Notes under the pieces: model-generated
What the model was told of the DNA's origin: nothing
The model's database searches: none
What the model saw: only the letters and a program-made list of their open reading frames with translations
NCBI GenBank assembly: GCA_029263375.1
Contig: JAJCXP010000025.1
Span: forward strand, 1-59,865
DNA from: Acidobacteriota bacterium
Lineage (GTDB): Bacteria; Acidobacteriota; Thermoanaerobaculia; Multivoradales; JAHEKO01
Reading direction: 5' to 3'
Length of the DNA: 59,865 nucleotides
Part shown: in pieces, positions 35,941 through 44,444 of the stretch
How positions within the stretch are numbered: the stretch's first letter is position 1
Layout: each line of letters opens with the position of its first letter
Translations under genes and position numbers: made by a program

Positions 35941-37371
35941 GTGACGGGACGACCGACGACCTTCCCGCTCGAGCTGTCGCGCGCAGAGATGAAGCGACTC
36001 GTGGACGCGGCGATGGAGCGCATCTTCGAGCACATCGACTCGCTTCCCGATCAGCCGGCGGCGGACCTCGAGGGGGCGACCGCGCTCGCGCGCTCGGTCG
36101 CCGAGCCCGAGCCGCCCGAGAGCGGCGTACCGTTCGAGCAACTGCTCGACCTGATCTTCGACCGCCTGGCCGAGAAGAGCTTCAACACCATCGGTCCCGG
36201 ATTCGTCGCCTACATCCCCGGCGGCGGGCTCTTTCACGCCGCGGTCGCCGATCTGATCGCCGACTCCATCAACCGGTACATCACCGTTTTCGCGGCGGCC
36301 CCGGGTCTCGTGCAGCTCGAGATCAACGTCATCAACTGGCTCAAGCGGATGGTCGGCTTCCCCGCCGACGCCGGCGGCTTCCTGACCAGCGGCGGCTCGC
36401 TCGCCAACTTCAGCGCTCTGGCGACAGCCCGGCGCGAGAAGCTGCCCGAGAACTTCCTGGACGGCGTCCTCTACGTCTCCGACCAGATCCACCATTCGAT
36501 CGACAAGGCCGCGGCGCTGGCCGGCTTCCCGGCGCGCGCCGTCCGGCAGATCGGCGTCGACGAGCGGTTCCGGATTCGAATCGACGAGCTCGAGCAGGCG
36601 ATCGCGACCGACCTCGAACGCGGACTGAGACCGTTTCTGATCGTCGGCAGCGCGGGCACCACCAACACGGGCGCGGTCGACGACCTGCCGGAGCTCTCTC
36701 GAGTCGCGCGTGAGCACTCGCTCTGGCTCCACGTCGACGGCGCCTACGGCGGCTTCTTCGCGCTCACGGAGCGCGGTCGGACCGCGCTCCGTGGACTCTC
36801 GGAAGCCGACTCGGTCACCCTCGACCCGCACAAGGGGCTGTTTCTGCCCTACGGCACCGGCGGCCTGCTGGTGCGTGACGGCGAAGCCCTCAAACGGGCG
36901 CACCAGCTGCGCGGCGAGTACATGCTGCCGCCCGAGGAGTCTCCCGACCTGGTGGACTTCTGCGACATCTCGCCCGAGCTGTCGCGCGACTTCCGCGGCC
37001 TGCGCGTCTGGCTGCCGATCAAGATGCATGGGCTCGCCGCGTTCCGTGAGGCGCTGGACGAGAAGCTCGACCTGGCGCACTGGGCAACCGACGAGCTGCG
37101 ACAGATTCCGGGCATCGAAATCGTCGCTGAGCCCCAGCTGTCGTTGCTCGCGTTCCGCCTGGCGCCCGACGGCTACGATCCGGAGCGACTCGACGAGCTG
37201 AACCGCGAGTTGATGGACCGCATCAACGCGCGCCAGCGCGTCTTCCTGACCGGCACCCGGCTCGACCTGGGGTTCGTGTTGCGGATCTGCATTCTGAGCT
37301 TCCGCACCCACCGCGACCGGATGGAGATGGGGCTCGAGGACATTCGGGCGGCGGTCGGCGAGCTCCGCTAG
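35941..37371 (+). CDS. Pyridoxal-dependent (group II) amino-acid decarboxylase
   Basis: TSGGSLANFSAL, HVDGAYGG and the PLP-lysine motif DPHKGLFLPYG are present. GTG 35941 (or TTG 35932) is the likely start, because earlier track codons overlap the divergent dioxygenase gene. Confidence 0.85.
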   Translation: MTGRPTTFPLELSRAEMKRLVDAAMERIFEHIDSLPDQPAADLEGATALARSVAEPEPPESGVPFEQLLDLIFDRLAEKSFNTIGPGFVAYIPGGGLFHAAVADLIADSINRYITVFAAAPGLVQLEINVINWLKRMVGFPADAGGFLTSGGSLANFSALATARREKLPENFLDGVLYVSDQIHHSIDKAAALAGFPARAVRQIGVDERFRIRIDELEQAIATDLERGLRPFLIVGSAGTTNTGAVDDLPELSRVAREHSLWLHVDGAYGGFFALTERGRTALRGLSEADSVTLDPHKGLFLPYGTGGLLVRDGEALKRAHQLRGEYMLPPEESPDLVDFCDISPELSRDFRGLRVWLPIKMHGLAAFREALDEKLDLAHWATDELRQIPGIEIVAEPQLSLLAFRLAPDGYDPERLDELNRELMDRINARQRVFLTGTRLDLGFVLRICILSFRTHRDRMEMGLEDIRAAVGELR

Positions 37372-37559
37372 GGGGACCGAGCACTAGCAGGAGACTCGCG
37401 GTACAACCGGGTCCCTCTGCTCTGAGCCGCAGACGTCCCACGAGGCGGCCGCGCGTATACTTGTGTGGAAGCACGATCAACAGCAAGTTCGAACGCAGCT
37501 GCGGCCGGGAGACCGGCGGTGGACCAAAACTCGCATCGGCGCCCGTCTAACCAAGGAAG

Positions 37560-38291
37560 ATGATCGATATCCTGCCTCATCTGCCAGTCGTCATTCTCGC
37601 GCTCGGGGTGCTGGTCATCGGCGGCCTCGCGCTCCGTTCGTCACGTGGACCCAAGCCGGTAGTCTTTCTGAGCTCGACGAGCGAGTTCGAGACGATCAGC
37701 CCCAAGCTTGTGACGTGGATCAGGGAACTGGGTGACTACGATCCCTGGTGGTATAAGCAGAACGATGCCACCGAGGAGATCATCGAAAAGACGATCTCGC
37801 TCAGTCGCTTCTTCGTTCTACTTCTTGGACACACGTTCGGCGCCAACTGGAGGAAGAGCGATCGCTCGATTGTTCAGCGCGAGTTCGAGCTGGCACTAGA
37901 GAACATTCCGATCCACGCCGTGCGCGCCTTTGTTAGGAATCCACCTGCCGGACCAATCGACCCGAGGCAGCAGCGCTTCATCAAGTCGATTCGGGACTAC
38001 GGCACCAAGATAAGAAGCAGGGAGTGGAGCTCCGACGAGAAGCTCTACAAGCGAGTCGTCGAGGCGCTTTCACGTGCGCAGGAGACCTACCAGAAACTGC
38101 ACGTAGAACGCGCCCGCCGGCTCAACCGGTTCATCTTCCTGCCTATGCTCGTTGTCACCGGTGCTCTTTCCGCCGGCAGCTATTACGGCGTGGGGGGCAC
38201 CTTCGCGAGCCAACCGATTACGTTCGGCGTATTCGGCGTCGTCGCTCTCGCAACAGCCGGTTTCAACATCTTCCATAGCCAGGAGCACTAG
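37560..38291 (+). CDS. Membrane-anchored DUF4062-like (TIR/deoxyribosyltransferase-like fold) protein
   Basis: An N-terminal TM (LPVVILALGVLVIGGLAL) is followed by VVFLSSTSEF...FFVLLLGHTFGAN...SIVQREFELA. That segment matches my recollection of the DUF4062 pattern (vFiSST...D.yv.iiG.rYG...S.Te.Ey..A). Two C-terminal TM helices close the protein. AAGGAAG SD. G+C is visibly lower than in the flanks. Confidence 0.6.
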   Translation: MIDILPHLPVVILALGVLVIGGLALRSSRGPKPVVFLSSTSEFETISPKLVTWIRELGDYDPWWYKQNDATEEIIEKTISLSRFFVLLLGHTFGANWRKSDRSIVQREFELALENIPIHAVRAFVRNPPAGPIDPRQQRFIKSIRDYGTKIRSREWSSDEKLYKRVVEALSRAQETYQKLHVERARRLNRFIFLPMLVVTGALSAGSYYGVGGTFASQPITFGVFGVVALATAGFNIFHSQEH

Positions 38292-38293
38292 CG

Positions 38294-39244
38294 ATGGCCG
38301 ACACGTCTGAGATCTCGAAAGCCGCAGCTGCCGAAGAGGACGAGACTCGACGGCGCTTCGAGCAGCTGGAGCGCCGTCAAGCCCGTCAGCGGCGGCTCCG
38401 CCTGCTCCTATGGCTCTTGCCGCTCGCGCTGGCTCTGCTCCTTCTGCTGCTCGCCGAGAACGAGGCCACTCTGGTCGAGGAGGGAGTCCAGGCAGCAGCT
38501 CCGTTCAAGAACCTACAACGAGAGGTCGGGGACACGAAGACGGACTTGACCACTCTCGGCTTGGCCCTGGGAAGCCTCGAACGACTGCCTCCGGCGGGCA
38601 CGATTGGAGAAACCCCAACCGCCGGTCGAGCGCCCGCCTCGGTCGTAGACGTCCTCGACTTCCACGCCAAGAGACTCGAACAGCTGGAATCGGAGCAGCA
38701 GCCTGCCGCTCCTGAGTCTGAACCGACACCAGCACCAGGGCCAGCTCACCCACCCTTCGAAGACGCGGCGGAGACGCATCAGCAGCTCGCGAGCGACATC
38801 GCGGCCAGCGGCGAGAGGCTCGAGGAGATGGCGCGCGAGCTCGCGACTCTGAGCTCCGCGGCCGATCTTACGAACCGACTGCAGGGGAGCCTCGACGCCG
38901 CCAACGAGAGCCTCTCGGAGATCCACCTACGCATCGAGCGATTGGAGCGGGAGGGCTCATACAGATCCTTGACTGTGCGTGAGAAAGAGGTCGCGGCGGT
39001 CTTGACACTTGGACTCAGAATCGCTCCGGGAACGGTCGATCGTCACGGCGTCCTACCGCAGTTCTCGATCACGACGCGCGGCGGTGAGGCGGTCTCGACA
39101 CTTCAGCCGAGCGTGGAGCTCAACAAGGAAAACTCGTTCAGGCTCGACGACTGCTCCTACACCTTCGAGGTGACACGTCACAAGAAGTCATGGTTCTTCG
39201 ACGACTACCTCGATATCGAGCTCGTGCGCTCGTGCGGATCCTGA
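38294..39244 (+). CDS. Membrane-anchored coiled-coil protein with small C-terminal beta-rich domain (hypothetical)
   Basis: It starts 2 nt after the previous stop. A basic N-terminus is followed by a TM (LLLWLLPLALALLLLLLA). Coiled-coil-like segments, a P/E-rich linker and a C-terminal ~90-aa globular part follow. I recognise no family. Confidence 0.55.
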   Translation: MADTSEISKAAAAEEDETRRRFEQLERRQARQRRLRLLLWLLPLALALLLLLLAENEATLVEEGVQAAAPFKNLQREVGDTKTDLTTLGLALGSLERLPPAGTIGETPTAGRAPASVVDVLDFHAKRLEQLESEQQPAAPESEPTPAPGPAHPPFEDAAETHQQLASDIAASGERLEEMARELATLSSAADLTNRLQGSLDAANESLSEIHLRIERLEREGSYRSLTVREKEVAAVLTLGLRIAPGTVDRHGVLPQFSITTRGGEAVSTLQPSVELNKENSFRLDDCSYTFEVTRHKKSWFFDDYLDIELVRSCGS

Positions 39245-39257
39245 GCGGCCTAGATGA

Positions 39258-40685
39258 TCAAGGGCGGGTCCGAAGTCCCGCCAGGCGTTCGCGGTAGCGC
39301 TCGACGGCCACGCGGACCCCTTCGAGGTCTTCGGAGAGCAGCTCGCCGCCCTCGACCAGCACCCGACCATCCACGATCACGGTCTCGACGTCCGCGGATT
39401 TGGTCGAATAGACCAACGTCGAATAGGGATCGTAGATCGGCTGCTGGTGCAGGCCGCGCGGATCGACGACGATCAGGTCCGCCCGCTTGCCGACCTCGAG
39501 CGAACCGATATCCGCTTCCATTCCCAGGGCGCGCGCGCCACCGATGGTGGCCATCGTCAGCGCCTCCTCGGCGCTCACGACGGTCGGATCGGACTTGATC
39601 ACTTTGTGCAGCTTGGCGGCGGTGTCGATCTCCTCCCAGAGGTCGAGATCGTTGTTCGAAGCCGGACCGTCCGTCCCCAGCCCCACGGCGATCCCCGCCG
39701 CGAGCATCTCGGGCACCGGGGCGACGCCCGCCGCGACCTTCATGTTCGACTGCGGACAGTGCGCCACGCCCACGCCGCGCTCGGCGAGCAGCTCGATCTC
39801 GCTCGGGCTCGGCCAGACGACGTGATTGGCGATCATCCGGTCGTCGAGAATCCCGAGATGATCGACGTATTCGACCGGGCGCATCCCGGTGCGCTCGAGG
39901 ATCTCGTCGACCTCGGACATGTCCTCGGCCAGATGCAGGATCAGCGGTACGTCGTGGCGGACGGCCAGCTCGTGCGCCGCCTGCAGGTGCTCCGCCGAGA
40001 CCGTGTAGGGCGCGTGCGGCGCCACCGCGGGGGTGATCCGGTCGTGGCCCTTCCAGCGCACCAGGAAGCGCTCGGTGTAGGCGATCGCGTCTTCCCAGCT
40101 CTTGTTGTCGGGCGCCGGGAAGTCGATCAGCGACTCTCCGACCACCGCTCGGGCGCCGCAGCGCTCGGCCTCCTCGGCGATCACGTCCTCGAAGTAGTAC
40201 ATGTCGACGAAGGTGGTCGTGCCGCCACGCAGCATCTCCAAGCAGCCGAGCCGCGTGCCCCAACGCACGAACTCCTCGTCGACGTACTCGGCTTCGGCCG
40301 GGAAGATCACGTCCTCGAGCCACTCCTTGAGCGGCAGATCGTCCGCCAATCCCCGGAACAGGGCCATCGGCACGTGGGTGTGGGTGTTGATCAATCCGGG
40401 CAGGACGATGCGTCCGTCGGCGGAGCGCACCTCCGCACCGGGGAAGCGCTCACCCAGATCAGCGGCGGTGCCCACCGCTTCGATCCGGCTGCCGCGGATG
40501 GCCACGGCGCCCGCCTCGATGACGGAGCCCTGACCGTCCATGGTGACTACCGTGCCGCCGCTCAGAAGCCAGACCCCGTCCGGCTGAGTCTCCCGGTCCG
40601 CGGCGGCGGGCGCCGACCCCTCGCCGCAGGACAAGACGAGGATCGCGCACGAGGCGACGACTGGCAGGAGTGTTGCGAACCGCAT
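39258..40685 (-). CDS. Lipoprotein amidohydrolase of the MtaD/ATZ-TRZ (chlorohydrolase/deaminase) family
   Basis: The start is at ATG 40685 (MRFATLLPVVASCAILVLSCG, with a lipobox). PGLINTHTHVPM, HLAE, HCPQSNMK and GLGTDG are typical of this deaminase family. Confidence 0.85.
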   Translation of the reverse strand: MRFATLLPVVASCAILVLSCGEGSAPAAADRETQPDGVWLLSGGTVVTMDGQGSVIEAGAVAIRGSRIEAVGTAADLGERFPGAEVRSADGRIVLPGLINTHTHVPMALFRGLADDLPLKEWLEDVIFPAEAEYVDEEFVRWGTRLGCLEMLRGGTTTFVDMYYFEDVIAEEAERCGARAVVGESLIDFPAPDNKSWEDAIAYTERFLVRWKGHDRITPAVAPHAPYTVSAEHLQAAHELAVRHDVPLILHLAEDMSEVDEILERTGMRPVEYVDHLGILDDRMIANHVVWPSPSEIELLAERGVGVAHCPQSNMKVAAGVAPVPEMLAAGIAVGLGTDGPASNNDLDLWEEIDTAAKLHKVIKSDPTVVSAEEALTMATIGGARALGMEADIGSLEVGKRADLIVVDPRGLHQQPIYDPYSTLVYSTKSADVETVIVDGRVLVEGGELLSEDLEGVRVAVERYRERLAGLRTRP

Positions 40686-40779
40686 CGGGGCACCCGGTGA
40701 GGCCGCAAAGCGTACCAGGATTCTTTGACCGCCGAGGCGACCTGGACTACCCTGACGATCCAACTTCGAGGAGGGATCC

Positions 40780-41403
40780 ATGTCCAATCGCCGAACCGTC
40801 GCCGCACTCGCTCTTTCCGGAATGGCCGTCTTGGCCGCACTCGCCGGCGCCCAACCCGCCGCTCCAGCCGATCAGATTCACGCCGCGGTGAGCCCCGCGC
40901 CCGAGGCGCTGCGAGCGACCGCGACCGTTCTGGGCTACGACCCGGAGGGCAAGATGATCGAGTTGCGCGCCGGCACCGGCGAGCTGGTCTGCCTCGCCGA
41001 CGATCCAGCGGACGAGCGCTTCCACGTCGCCTGCTACCACCGCTCGCTGGCGCCGTTCATGACGCGCGGGCGAGAGCTCCGCGCCGAGGGGCTGGAGCGG
41101 GCCGACGTGGTCAGCACTCGTGGCGAGGAGATCGCCGCCGGCAAGCTCAGCTTCCCTTCCGCCCCGGCGACGCTCTACTCGCTCACCGGCCCGGCCGGCA
41201 GCTTCGACGCCGAGGCGCAGGTCGTGCGCGGCGGCAATCGTGTCTATTCGGTCTATGTCTCCTACGCGAACGCTGAGACCACCGGCCTGCCGACCCAGCC
41301 GATCAGCGAGGGAGGGCCGTGGCTGATGAACGCCGGCGAGCCGTGGGCGCACATCATGATGGTCCAGCCCTCCGACCCGCCGGCGGCGGACAGCGGCGAC
41401 TGA
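40780..41403 (+). CDS. Secreted hypothetical protein
   Basis: It has a GGAGGG SD and a signal peptide (ALALSGMAVLAALAGA). I recognise no family. Confidence 0.55.
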   Translation: MSNRRTVAALALSGMAVLAALAGAQPAAPADQIHAAVSPAPEALRATATVLGYDPEGKMIELRAGTGELVCLADDPADERFHVACYHRSLAPFMTRGRELRAEGLERADVVSTRGEEIAAGKLSFPSAPATLYSLTGPAGSFDAEAQVVRGGNRVYSVYVSYANAETTGLPTQPISEGGPWLMNAGEPWAHIMMVQPSDPPAADSGD

Positions 41404-41421
41404 GCCGATCGACCGATCCGC

Positions 41422-43629
41422 TCAGGAGGCGGCGCTGCGCTGCCACTCGGCGGGCCACTGGCCGTCGACCAGCCACTGTTCGGCGGCTGCCGCCGGCACC
41501 GGACGGGAGAAGTAGAACCCCTGCACCGCGTCGCAGCGCATTCCCTGCATGATCTCCAGGGTCTCCTGGTCCTCGATGCCCTCGGCGATCGTCTGGATGC
41601 GCAGAGCGCTGGCCATGTCGATGATCGCACGCACGATCTCGACGTCGCGGCCGCTCTGACCCAGGTGACTGATGAACGAGCGGTCGATCTTGAGGGTGTG
41701 GATCGGCAGCTGATGGAGATAGCTCAAGGATGAGTAGCCGGTACCGAAGTCGTCCAGTAGCACCCAGACACCACGGTCGTTGAGCTCGGTGAGCTTCTTG
41801 CTCGCCGCCGACAGGTCACGCAGAATCATGCCCTCGGTGATCTCGAGACGCAGCGCTCCGTCGGGCAGGCCCGACTCGTCCAGGAGCCCGCCCAGATACT
41901 CATAGAAGGTCGGCTGCTCGAGATCGGAGGCCGTGGCGTTGAAGCTCAGATAGAACGGGTCGTCCGGGAACCGTCGGCGCCATTCCACCGCCTGATCCGC
42001 CGTGCGTCGCATGACCCACCGGTTGATGTCCCACATCAGCCCGAGATCCTCGGCCAACGGCAGAAACCTCCCCGGGGCGAGCGTTCCCTCGAGCGGGTGG
42101 TTCCAGCGAATCAGGACCTCCATGCCTCGCAGCTCACCGCCGGCGGTCGCCACGATCGGCTGATAGTGGAGCTCGAACTCCTCACGCTCGATCGCGCGCC
42201 GCAGATCGGTTTCGAGCTGGACCACGGAGGCGACCTCGTCGCCCTTCTCGGGCTCGAAATGGACGGTGCAGCCGGGGCGGGTCGCCTTCGCCTGGTACAT
42301 GGCCAGCTCCGCGTGGCGGAACACCTCACGGGCCCCCTCGTAGCCGGACTTCGCCAGCGAGATGCCGATACTGGCGGTGAGATAGACCTCCTTGTCGGCG
42401 GAGCTGAACGGCGTGGCCATCACCTCCAGAATCCGTTTCGCGCTGGCGTCCGCGGCCGCTTCGCTGTCGATGCCGTAGAGCAGCAGCCCAAACTTGTCGC
42501 CCCCGACCCGCGCCAGCGTATCGCCCGGGCGCACCGCGCTGTCCAGCCGCCGAGCAACCTCGGTCAACAGGGCGTCGCCGCGCTTCTCGCCCAGTGTCTC
42601 GTTGACTGAGCTGAAGCGATCGAGGCCCAGGATCAGAACGCAGAACTCAGAATCCTCCGCGGTCCTGACACGACCGAGTGCCCGTTCGATTCGGTGCACG
42701 AACTCCTTCTGATTCGGGAGCTCCGTCAACCGATCGTGGATCGCATTGAAGCTCGCCTGCTCGACCAGCCGCTGACGAAGCTCGGTCTCCTCGAGAACCC
42801 GCACACCGGCGGCGGCGAGCTCCTCATCGCGCACGCGCAGCTGGGCCGACATGTTCTCCCACCTGCGGGTCAGCTCGAAGGCTACGCCGGCAGCCACCAG
42901 CGCCAGGACGAGGGCGAGCGCGAGTCTTGTCGTTCTCGGATGCGGGGCCGGCATGCGCCGGCGGTCGGAGACCGCCAGCGTCCAGGAGCCGTCGTCCGAG
43001 GACACGGGCAGCTCGAAACCGCTGGAGCCGACCGGCTCGGACCAGCGGTGAACGAGGGTCCTCTCGCTGGACGCGAGATCGTCTATCCAGACCTCGTGCC
43101 CAAAGCCGCGCCGCGCCAGGTCAGCGACCCCCGAAACATCGATCAAAGCGCTCGCATCCACCGCGGCCGCTACCCTCGCACCGGTGTCACCGATCGGTCC
43201 GGTCAGCACGAAGACCATCGCTCGGTTGTCGGCCGAGTAGAGCACCCCGCTGCGCGGGCCGAGTGCGGGCGCCAGGGTCTCGAAGCCCCAGGGAGCGCCC
43301 AGCGCGAGGTGCGGGCACGAGTCCAGCAGTGTGCCCCGGGAATCGATGACCGCGCCGTGCACGGTCAACAGGTCGCGCTCCTCGGTCTCCGGCCACGATC
43401 GCTTGCCGACGATTCCGGGATCCGAATGTGAGGCCGCCCATCCTTCCGCGCGCGCTCTCAACAGGTCCAGCTGCCGCGCCAGGACCCGGGTCGCATCGAG
43501 GCCCGTCTCGACCGCCTCGGCCAGCTCCTGGGCACGCTCGCGATGCGACGCCGCGCGCGCGAACAGCATCGCCACCGACAGCGTCACGAGGAAGGCGATC
43601 AGCGCGGCAGCCAATCCGAGACGGTTCAT
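41422..43629 (-). CDS. Membrane sensor protein with degenerate GGDEF (GGDKF, intact RxxD I-site) and EAL (EVL) domains
   Basis: The start is at ATG 43629 (MNRLGLAAALIAFLVTLSVAML). An extracytoplasmic region and a second TM follow. The GGDEF domain reads RPGDTLARVGGDKFGLLL and the EAL domain reads FELHYQPIV...MEVLIRWNHP...DDFGTGYSSL. Confidence 0.85.
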   Translation of the reverse strand: MNRLGLAAALIAFLVTLSVAMLFARAASHRERAQELAEAVETGLDATRVLARQLDLLRARAEGWAASHSDPGIVGKRSWPETEERDLLTVHGAVIDSRGTLLDSCPHLALGAPWGFETLAPALGPRSGVLYSADNRAMVFVLTGPIGDTGARVAAAVDASALIDVSGVADLARRGFGHEVWIDDLASSERTLVHRWSEPVGSSGFELPVSSDDGSWTLAVSDRRRMPAPHPRTTRLALALVLALVAAGVAFELTRRWENMSAQLRVRDEELAAAGVRVLEETELRQRLVEQASFNAIHDRLTELPNQKEFVHRIERALGRVRTAEDSEFCVLILGLDRFSSVNETLGEKRGDALLTEVARRLDSAVRPGDTLARVGGDKFGLLLYGIDSEAAADASAKRILEVMATPFSSADKEVYLTASIGISLAKSGYEGAREVFRHAELAMYQAKATRPGCTVHFEPEKGDEVASVVQLETDLRRAIEREEFELHYQPIVATAGGELRGMEVLIRWNHPLEGTLAPGRFLPLAEDLGLMWDINRWVMRRTADQAVEWRRRFPDDPFYLSFNATASDLEQPTFYEYLGGLLDESGLPDGALRLEITEGMILRDLSAASKKLTELNDRGVWVLLDDFGTGYSSLSYLHQLPIHTLKIDRSFISHLGQSGRDVEIVRAIIDMASALRIQTIAEGIEDQETLEIMQGMRCDAVQGFYFSRPVPAAAAEQWLVDGQWPAEWQRSAAS

Positions 43630-44444
43630 CACGGCGCGCCCTTCTTCGGGCCGCGCAACGGTCGCTGCCAGGTCACGACCAGGGCGCGCCTGCGGATCGC
43701 CCCCTGCTCCGCCTGGCTCAGATAGAGCACCATGCGGTGGCGCTCGAAGATCGGCATCGAAAGGCCGGCGTAGACCTCCGAGTAGTCGGCCTCGGGCTCG
43801 AGACCGGCCACCACATTGGTGAGATCCGGAGTGCTGACACCGGTCGCGCCGCCGAAGAAGTAGTCGAGCGCCCGATCCACGTCGACCCGGATGGCGGCAA
43901 TCCGGCTGTCCCAGTTGCCGGAGACCGACTCCAGATAGCTGAGTCGGATCGCGAGCGGGCGGGAGAACCGATAGCTGACGCCGGCCTCCAGCAGCACGCT
44001 TTCGAATCGATCGATGTCGTACGCCTGCACCTCGCCGAAGAGCGCCAGGCGCCCACCGAGCTCGACGCGGGTGAGACGAGAGCGCACCTTGCGGTAGTCG
44101 AACGACCGCCCGGCCTGCTCGCCTGCTCCGATCTCGACCGACGCCTGGCCGAAGAGATCGTCGGCCAAGGCCCCCCCCAAGCCACCCCTGACGTAGGTCC
44201 ACTCGGAGCTGCCGATCGAGTTGGTCGAGGCACCGAGCGTCACGACCTCCTTTGGACTGCGTCGAACCCAGTCGAAGTCGGTTCCCCAGAGCTCCTCGCC
44301 GGCAACATTCTCGAGCCGAAGCGTCATCACCATCGACTGAGGGGCGTCGGTCGCTGGCGTTGTCTCTGCGCCCGCGTCAGCAAAACCGACGGCCGCAACG
44401 GCGCCCGCGCAGAGGATGGCAGTGACACGGCGAGCCGCGCTCAT
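43629..44444 (-). CDS. Outer-membrane beta-barrel protein (YaiO-like)
   Basis: It has a signal peptide (ILCAGAVAAVGFADA) and alternating hydrophobic beta-strand patterns throughout. The YaiO-family resemblance is from recollection only. Its stop overlaps the GGDEF/EAL start (TGATG). Confidence 0.5.
   Translation of the reverse strand: MSAARRVTAILCAGAVAAVGFADAGAETTPATDAPQSMVMTLRLENVAGEELWGTDFDWVRRSPKEVVTLGASTNSIGSSEWTYVRGGLGGALADDLFGQASVEIGAGEQAGRSFDYRKVRSRLTRVELGGRLALFGEVQAYDIDRFESVLLEAGVSYRFSRPLAIRLSYLESVSGNWDSRIAAIRVDVDRALDYFFGGATGVSTPDLTNVVAGLEPEADYSEVYAGLSMPIFERHRMVLYLSQAEQGAIRRRALVVTWQRPLRGPKKGAP

Noticed and set aside
43630-44202. The upstream extension of the GGDEF/EAL ORF (track start 44202). 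A similar extension of the sortilin ORF runs to 56260.
   Set aside because: The extensions are R/G-rich and overlap the upstream OM-barrel gene or the divergent promoter region. The internal ATGs give TM or signal sequences, and for the GGDEF/EAL gene a TGATG stop/start overlap.
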